Source: Bdellovibrionota bacterium (GTDB lineage: Bacteria; Bdellovibrionota_C; UBA2361). From it: a DNA stretch of 12,602 bases. The stretch's first letter is position 1. Each line of letters starts with the position of its first letter. A program made the position numbers and the translations under genes. The notes under the pieces were generated by a model. That model worked only from the letters and a program-made list of their open reading frames with translations, had not been told where the DNA came from and made no database searches. This document shows positions 6,983 to 12,602 of the stretch, piece after piece. The stretch spans positions 1-12,602 of the forward strand of contig JBILDU010000086.1 in NCBI GenBank assembly GCA_044352465.1, in the 5' to 3' direction.

Positions 6983-7011
6983 AAGGTCTCAAAAGAACGG
7001 GGGAGTGTCAA
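6983..7011 (-). promoter_or_regulatory. Candidate sigma70 promoter for the tRNA-Ile/tRNA-Ala unit
   Basis: Minus strand TTGACA (7011-7006), 17 nt ending in TGn, GACCTT (6988-6983); about 22 nt upstream of tRNA-Ile. Confidence 0.6.
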
Positions 7012-7207
7012 GGTGGGAGGGATGTAAAACTCACTGTTTTTCTAGCGTGTTAAGCTCCCCTGGAAGGATTCTGCTCAGCTCGAAATGTTTTCACCCCCAG
7101 CGGCATCGTAATGGTGGCACAGAGATTTAATCAAATTGCGTAACCTGCCGATATCTTTTATTAAGGAGGGAGAGAGTAGTAGTTGTCAGCGCTTTGTTTG
7201 GGGCACC

Positions 7208-7717
7208 ATGCAGGGAGTTCTATTACTTAACGCGAGTTACGAGCCTTTACGGGTCATCTCGTGGCAACGTGCGATAACCATGTTCTTTAGCGGCAAAGTC
7301 GAGGTTGTCGAGGAATACGACCACGATATCCGCTCGGTCTCGTTAGTTATCAAAGCCCCCGCCGTCGTTCGACTCCTTGAATTCGTTAAGATCGGGCGCA
7401 AATCTCCCCCACTCTGCCGGACGAACGTCCTCGCCCGCGATCGATTTGAATGCCAATATTGCGGCCGCGACCTTACGACCAAGGAAGCGACCCTTGATCA
7501 CGTCGTCCCGCGCAGCCAAGGCGGTAAGACTTCGTGGGATAATGTGGTATGCTGCTGCGCAACATGTAACCGCAAAAAAGGGGGCCGGACCCCCGCGGAA
7601 GCTCGCATGGTGCTCCGCTCGAAACCGGTTCGCCCCGATTGGTTACCGGTATTAACGATACGTCTCAATGGTCAAGTCCCCCGCTCGTGGCAAGAGTTTC
7701 TCTCCTCGTCTGATTGA
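7208..7717 (+). CDS. HNH endonuclease (McrA/HNH_5-like, 169 aa)
   Basis: N-terminal VLLLNASYEPL, then NVLARDRFECQYCG, TLDHVVPRSQGG, SWDNVVCCCATCNRKKG (CxxC..DH..N..CxxCN). ATG 7208 matches the usual family start. Confidence 0.92.
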   Translation: MQGVLLLNASYEPLRVISWQRAITMFFSGKVEVVEEYDHDIRSVSLVIKAPAVVRLLEFVKIGRKSPPLCRTNVLARDRFECQYCGRDLTTKEATLDHVVPRSQGGKTSWDNVVCCCATCNRKKGGRTPAEARMVLRSKPVRPDWLPVLTIRLNGQVPRSWQEFLSSSD

Positions 7718-9065
7718 TTCGGACCAGGCTCGGTCGCACCTGCGTGCAGTGATACACTCGCCCCTTCTCGCCCCCATCTTGGCCGCCCTCGGGAACGATG
7801 CCCAAACCCATGTGGTCGGTGGCACCGTCCGAGATGCACTCCTCGACATCCCCGCAGTTGATATCGACCTCGCTTCCAAACTCCCCCCCGATCTCGCGCG
7901 TTCTCGGCTTCACGGTGCTGGACTCCACACCGTCGATACGGGGCTCAAGCACGGGACAATCATGGTGGTACTCGAGGGACAGCACATCGAACTCACCACC
8001 TTCCGCACCAAGCATCAAAATGTGTATGCGGACACGATTGAGCACGACCTCTCACTCCGCGATTTTACTCTCAACGCCATCGCGTACGCGGTAAAAGATG
8101 ATGCGATTATCGACCCTTTTGGCGGCATAGCCGATCTCCAAGCAGATCATCTGCGCGCGGTTGGTGCCGCGGAGGAACGGTTTCGTGAGGATCCACTGCG
8201 GATGCTGCGAATGATTCGGCTCGGAGCCGCCGCCGGTCGTTCGATCGAAGCTGACTGCCTGGCGTTTGCCGAGACTCATGGCGCACTCATCGAGACTGTC
8301 AGTGTCGAACGGGTCCGTACCGAGCTTGAGAAGATCGTCGTTGCCCCGGAAGCGGCACAGGGGATAAGAACGCTGGTCTCAAGTGGACTGGCCCAGTATG
8401 TCCTCCCCGAGCTCCTTCCGACGGTGGGATTCGAACAGAACGATTTCCACATCCACGATGTTTTTGAACACACCCTCTGGGTCCTCGAACGGGCACCTCA
8501 CGAGTTAACAATCCGACTCGCTGCGCTGTTCCACGATCTTGGCAAGCCAGCCTCGTTTACCCTGGGGGAGAATGGCGAAAGGCATTTCTATCGACATGAA
8601 GATCTGGGAGAGCGAATCTGCCTCGAAGCGATGCGGCGACTCAAGTTCTCTCAGGAGATGACACAGGCGGTCGCTACGATCGTGCGTCACCACATGCGTC
8701 CGCTCGATTGTGGACCAGCCGGGGTACGGCGGATCCTCCGCGATGTCGGGGCACACTACGACACCTGGCGGCAGATTAAGATCGCCGATGCACCTCCGAA
8801 GATGCCTGCAGAGGAGTTTCGAGCCCGCCTTAATAATTTCGATACGATGGTGGGGACCGAGTTTGAGCGGCAAAAGGGCTCGGTGTTCGGGAAGCTCGCG
8901 GTCAACGGAGAGGACTTAAAACTGCTGGGATGCAAACCTGGCCCAGGCATGGGCGCACTCCTGAAATTTCTTGAGGAACTAGTTATCGAAACCCCTGATT
9001 TGAATGAAAAGACGGAGCTCCTCCGGCGTGCCGAGGCGTATCTGGCTGCACCACCTTCAAAGTGA
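7668..9065 (+). CDS. cca: Class II tRNA nucleotidyltransferase with HD domain; predicted CC-adding type
   Basis: Motif A VVGGTVRD..DIDL, GLKHGT, motif B DLSLRDFTLNAIA, DPFGG, motif D EDPLRMLR, SVERVRTEL and HD domain (HDVFEHT, LFHDLGK, HHM, AD). Start uncertain: ATG 7668, CTG 7710/ATT 7713 or GTG 7749. Confidence 0.92.
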   Translation: MVKSPARGKSFSPRLIDSDQARSHLRAVIHSPLLAPILAALGNDAQTHVVGGTVRDALLDIPAVDIDLASKLPPDLARSRLHGAGLHTVDTGLKHGTIMVVLEGQHIELTTFRTKHQNVYADTIEHDLSLRDFTLNAIAYAVKDDAIIDPFGGIADLQADHLRAVGAAEERFREDPLRMLRMIRLGAAAGRSIEADCLAFAETHGALIETVSVERVRTELEKIVVAPEAAQGIRTLVSSGLAQYVLPELLPTVGFEQNDFHIHDVFEHTLWVLERAPHELTIRLAALFHDLGKPASFTLGENGERHFYRHEDLGERICLEAMRRLKFSQEMTQAVATIVRHHMRPLDCGPAGVRRILRDVGAHYDTWRQIKIADAPPKMPAEEFRARLNNFDTMVGTEFERQKGSVFGKLAVNGEDLKLLGCKPGPGMGALLKFLEELVIETPDLNEKTELLRRAEAYLAAPPSK

Positions 9066-9129
9066 CTTCCTTGATTCGTTTTGATAACCTAGCGGTCTAA
9101 CTCTCCATGACTTAACAATCGGTGGGGCG

Positions 9130-9717
9130 ATGATGAACACCCTCAACCCTGAATCGATTTTTCGCGCGCTTTCGCCCCGAGCTATCGCACGAATCATCGT
9201 CGTAATATTTACCGTGGCTCTTCTCATCGCCTTTAATGCCTCCCGCCGGTCGGATCGAGCACCGCTGCAAAACGATTTCGATGTGTGGCTCCAATCGACG
9301 AAGCAGACCATCTCGCAGTCTATCGAAACGGCCCCCCCGGTCACGGTAGCGCTGGTCTCCGACCGGCCTGAGTTCAAAGCGGACTGGAAGATATCCCTCC
9401 TCGACGGAGGCGATCCGCAACGAGTGGTGCGACTCCTTGATCTTGCTCAAGAGGCGAATATCTTTTCTCGCAGCACCTCTCGTGACACTCTGTCGGTCCG
9501 ACTCACGATCTCCGACGGCACGCGCGAATTCGTCGCTGCGCTGAGCCCGAACGAGATATCTTCTAACGTTGAGGCGGGGAATCTGATAAAGCTCTTCCAG
9601 TTGTACGCTCTTGAAACGCCTCGGAACGAACCGTTGGCGCGCCGCGGCGTCGCGACCGCGGCTACCGAGGAAGCATCACCAGCCAAAGCTGATTCACTGC
9701 AGCGGGAGAATCAATAA
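9130..9717 (+). CDS. Hypothetical protein with a single N-terminal membrane anchor
   Basis: 195-aa ORF with hydrophobic IIVVIFTVALLIAF segment and a purine-rich SD-like stretch; stop overlaps the next start (TAATG). Confidence 0.7.
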   Translation: MMNTLNPESIFRALSPRAIARIIVVIFTVALLIAFNASRRSDRAPLQNDFDVWLQSTKQTISQSIETAPPVTVALVSDRPEFKADWKISLLDGGDPQRVVRLLDLAQEANIFSRSTSRDTLSVRLTISDGTREFVAALSPNEISSNVEAGNLIKLFQLYALETPRNEPLARRGVATAATEEASPAKADSLQRENQ

Positions 9718-10298
9718 TGAAAACAAGGTCCGAGGCGTTAGCGCTTTTACACGAGTATGTCCAGTCGGAGAGCCTCAGGAAGCATATGCTCGGCGTTGAG
9801 GCAGCGATGCGGTGGTATGCAAACCATTTTGGCTGTCCACCCTCGGAAGTTGAGTCGTGGGGAATCGCTGGGCTTCTCCACGATTTTGATTACGAGAAGT
9901 TTCCTGAGCCAACAGCTCCTGACGGGCACCCTTTCAAAGGCAATCAGATCTTAAACGACTTGGGGTACCCCGACGACATCCGCACGGCGATTATGGGGCA
10001 CGCGACCTATACCGGTACCCCCCGTATCACCCAGATGGCGAAGACGCTCTTCGCCGTCGATGAACTCTCGGGGCTCGTCACCGCAAGCGTTCTCGTGCGC
10101 CCCGACAAGTGTATTCATAACCTGGAAGCGAAATCGGTCATCAAAAAGATGAAAGACAAGGCGTTCGCGCGAGGATGCAACCGCGACGACATCAAGCTCG
10201 GGGCTGAAGAGCTAGGCCTCGAGATGGCGGTGCATGTCGAAAACGTTATCTCCGCGATGAAAGCTATCGCACCTGAACTGGGGCTCGACGGAGCCTAA
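9717..10298 (+). CDS. HD-superfamily (HDIG/COG2316-like) metal-dependent phosphohydrolase
   Basis: SLRKHMLGVEAAMR, GLLHDFDYE, GH, AIMGHA, LFAVDELSGLV, KKMKDKAFARG. Confidence 0.88.
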   Translation: MKTRSEALALLHEYVQSESLRKHMLGVEAAMRWYANHFGCPPSEVESWGIAGLLHDFDYEKFPEPTAPDGHPFKGNQILNDLGYPDDIRTAIMGHATYTGTPRITQMAKTLFAVDELSGLVTASVLVRPDKCIHNLEAKSVIKKMKDKAFARGCNRDDIKLGAEELGLEMAVHVENVISAMKAIAPELGLDGA

Positions 10299-10362
10299 GC
10301 CTGAGCACGCAGAGACCTCATCAAGCGCACGTCCCCCGGGGGGTGCGATCTCCGCAGGGCCG

Positions 10363-10387
10363 GGCTCGGCCGCAATAACGGCGAGCC
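10363..10387. terminator. GC-rich hairpin between convergent HD hydrolase and leuS genes
   Basis: GGCTCGGCCG-CAATAA-CGGCGAGCC (9 bp, one bulge). No U-tract, so terminator function is uncertain. Confidence 0.3.
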
Positions 10388-10419
10388 GAGCTGAACGGAA
10401 CGCATCTTCCAGCTCACCC

Positions 10420-12602
10420 CTAGCTTTTCTTTAGAACGTTCACCAACCGCGGCGCTGTCGTCCCCGACTGGTACACCATGATGAACTGATCGTTCGCGGT
10501 CACTTTATACTCCGTTGAATCGAGCTTCGCGATCGTTGCTGCTTTCAGATCGTCCTGACTAATCCCAACATCAACGTCCATCAAAGCGCGTTTCTTGCCG
10601 TTGACCTGGAGGACCACGGTCACGACGTTCTCTTTGAGCGCACTATCATCAAAGCTTGGCCACGGGTGGCCCGCGAGCGACTTTTTGTGCCCGAGCCGCT
10701 CCCACATCTCCTCAGCCGTGTGCGGAGCAAACGGCGCCAGGAGAAGCACGAACGCCTCAAGGGTTTCACGACTCACCACTGAGTTGCTGACCTCGTTCAG
10801 GAACTCCATCATCGACGACACACAGGTGTTGAAGTGAAGTTCCTCGATATCATCGGTCATCCGCTTCGTCAGGCGATTAATCGCTTTATACACCGCCGGT
10901 GGCTCTGCATCCCGGGGAACCGTCTCGCGCACTCCCGCATCCAGATTACCCGTGACAAAACCCCACGCTTTCTTGAGAAAGCGCAGATTGCCCGATATCG
11001 CTTTGGTATCCCAGACTCTCGAAGCCTCGAGGGGACCCATAAACATCTCGTACATCCGCAGCGTATCGGCACCGAATTCAGCGATGATCTCGTCCGGAGT
11101 CACCACGTTACGGAGCGACTTCGACATCTTTGCCGTGATACGTTCCAGGGTTTCCCCGGTTTTGAGGTGTTTTGCGGTACCATCCCCTACCTCTTCAACC
11201 TCATCAACCGGAATGAGCACGCCGCGCTTATCCTTGAACGCCGAGGCCAAGATCATTCCCTGATTAAAGAGACGCTGAAACGGCTCTTTGGTCGTGACGT
11301 AGCCGAGATCGTAGAGCACTTTATGCCAGAAACGGGCATAAAGGAGGTGGAGCACCGCATGCTCAGCCCCCCCGACGTAAAGGTCGACCGGCATCCATTT
11401 CTTTTCGAGTTCGCGATCCCACGGAGCATCGGGATTCTTCGGATCGATGAAGCGCAGGTAATACCAGCACGAGCCGGCCCAGTTCGGCATCGTATTCGTT
11501 TCGCGCCGCCCGGTGCGCCCGGTCTTCGGATCGACAATCTTCACCCACTCAGGCGCATTGGCAAGGGGCGACTCACCGCTCTCGGAGGGCTTGTAATTCT
11601 CGACTTGGGGCAAGACGAGCGGTAGCTCCATATCGGTCAAAGCCTCGGCTTCGCCGTCGTCCCAATGAACGATCGGAATCGGCTCCCCCCAATAGCGTTG
11701 GCGTGAAAAAAGCCAATCGCGCAGCTTGTAGTTCGTCACCTTGCGACCGAGGCCTTTCGCGGCAAGCCACGCCGTGATGAGAGCTCCAGCTTCAGCATTC
11801 GGCTTTCCCTCAAGAGCGAGCTCTCGGGCAACCGGAAACTCGAGCGCGAGCATCGGGCCGGGCTCGGTGTAAGCCACTTCGCCCTCAGTTACTGCGGTCC
11901 GAAAATTGGCATCTCCTTCAGTGGGAGCCAAAACCGGACGGATCTCGAGTTGAAACGTGCGGGCGAACTCAAAGTCACGCTCGTCGTGCGCCGGCACACC
12001 CATCACCGCGCCGGTGCCGACCGACATCAGGACGTAATCCCCGATGTAGAGTGGTATGCGTTCCTGATTAATCGGATTGACGACGAAGGTCCCGGTAAAA
12101 ACTCCGGTCTTCTTGCGATTCTCAATCGTGCGCACGAGGTCGCTCATCTTCAGCGCCTCGTCGCAGTACTTTTTCACTTTCGTTTCGGCCTCGACGGTCG
12201 TGACTTTCGAGACGAGAGGATGCTCCGGAGAGACCACAAAAAAGGTCACGCCGAAAAGGGTATCTGGTCGGGTAGTAAAAGCTATCAGTGACTCATCCGA
12301 CCCTTCGATCCGGAATTTAATCTCAGCCCCGTATTTTCGACCGATCCAGTTACGTTGCTGCTCAATGACACTCTCGGGCCAGTTGAGAAGACCAAGATCC
12401 TCGATCAAACGCTCCGAGTACTTGGTGATCCGGAGCATCCACTGCTTCATCGGCTTACGAACCACCTCGTGCCCGCCTCGCTCGGAGCGGCCGTTAATCA
12501 CCTCCTCGTTCGCGAGCACCGTTCCGAGCGCGGGGCACCAGTTGACCATCGCATCGGCGTAATAAGCGAGGCGATGCTCAGCGCGATAGGCCTGAACCGC
12601 CA
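10420..12602 (-). CDS. leuS: Leucine--tRNA ligase; N-terminus lies beyond the right window edge
   Basis: Frame is open to the edge (..RLAYYADAMVNWCPALGTVLANEEV). CP1 editing motifs FTTRPDT and GTGAVMGVPAHDERD, LRDWLFSRQRYWGEP, GGAEHAVLHLLYARF, KMSKS and QVNGK are present. Confidence 0.98.
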   Translation of the reverse strand, partial: AVQAYRAEHRLAYYADAMVNWCPALGTVLANEEVINGRSERGGHEVVRKPMKQWMLRITKYSERLIEDLGLLNWPESVIEQQRNWIGRKYGAEIKFRIEGSDESLIAFTTRPDTLFGVTFFVVSPEHPLVSKVTTVEAETKVKKYCDEALKMSDLVRTIENRKKTGVFTGTFVVNPINQERIPLYIGDYVLMSVGTGAVMGVPAHDERDFEFARTFQLEIRPVLAPTEGDANFRTAVTEGEVAYTEPGPMLALEFPVARELALEGKPNAEAGALITAWLAAKGLGRKVTNYKLRDWLFSRQRYWGEPIPIVHWDDGEAEALTDMELPLVLPQVENYKPSESGESPLANAPEWVKIVDPKTGRTGRRETNTMPNWAGSCWYYLRFIDPKNPDAPWDRELEKKWMPVDLYVGGAEHAVLHLLYARFWHKVLYDLGYVTTKEPFQRLFNQGMILASAFKDKRGVLIPVDEVEEVGDGTAKHLKTGETLERITAKMSKSLRNVVTPDEIIAEFGADTLRMYEMFMGPLEASRVWDTKAISGNLRFLKKAWGFVTGNLDAGVRETVPRDAEPPAVYKAINRLTKRMTDDIEELHFNTCVSSMMEFLNEVSNSVVSRETLEAFVLLLAPFAPHTAEEMWERLGHKKSLAGHPWPSFDDSALKENVVTVVLQVNGKKRALMDVDVGISQDDLKAATIAKLDSTEYKVTANDQFIMVYQSGTTAPRLVNVLKKS

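Noticed and set aside
7208..7717. HNH as a homing endonuclease, IscB/Cas9 fragment or mobile element
   Set aside because: No RuvC motifs, intron/intein or terminal repeats; it looks like the common stand-alone chromosomal HNH family.
10595..12562. Plus-strand ORFs up to 263 aa inside leuS
   Set aside because: Antisense to a highly conserved gene; typical codon-bias shadow ORFs.

Overview
A moderately GC-rich, mostly housekeeping bacterial chromosome segment; the gene styles suggest a deltaproteobacterial/Bdellovibrionota-like lineage, which is inference only. Gene order: 3' part of a class I fumarate hydratase (+); an AbiEii/DUF1814-like nucleotidyltransferase coupled to a 75-aa ORF (+, putative toxin-antitoxin pair); citrate synthase gltA (-) with a clear intrinsic terminator; a divergent orphan GroES-like gene (+); GT2 glycosyltransferase, TPR protein and arginase (-); a free-standing tRNA-Ile(GAT)/tRNA-Ala(TGC) pair with its own promoter and no rRNA genes (-); a divergent cluster of HNH nuclease, tRNA nucleotidyltransferase-HD, membrane-anchored hypothetical protein and HDIG hydrolase (+); and most of leuS (-). 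Most interesting signals: (1) a three-copy repeat between tRNA-Ala and arginase that allows two mutually exclusive RNA pairings and includes a 15-codon uORF with one AGG Arg codon; (2) a tRNA nucleotidyltransferase with a shortened flexible loop, predicting CC-only addition, next to a tRNA-Ala lacking encoded CCA; (3) the rRNA-spacer-type Ile/Ala tRNA pair detached from rRNA genes; (4) a perfect 18-bp palindrome over the likely gltA promoter; (5) the NTase plus small-protein module. No CRISPR array, transposase or integrase was seen.
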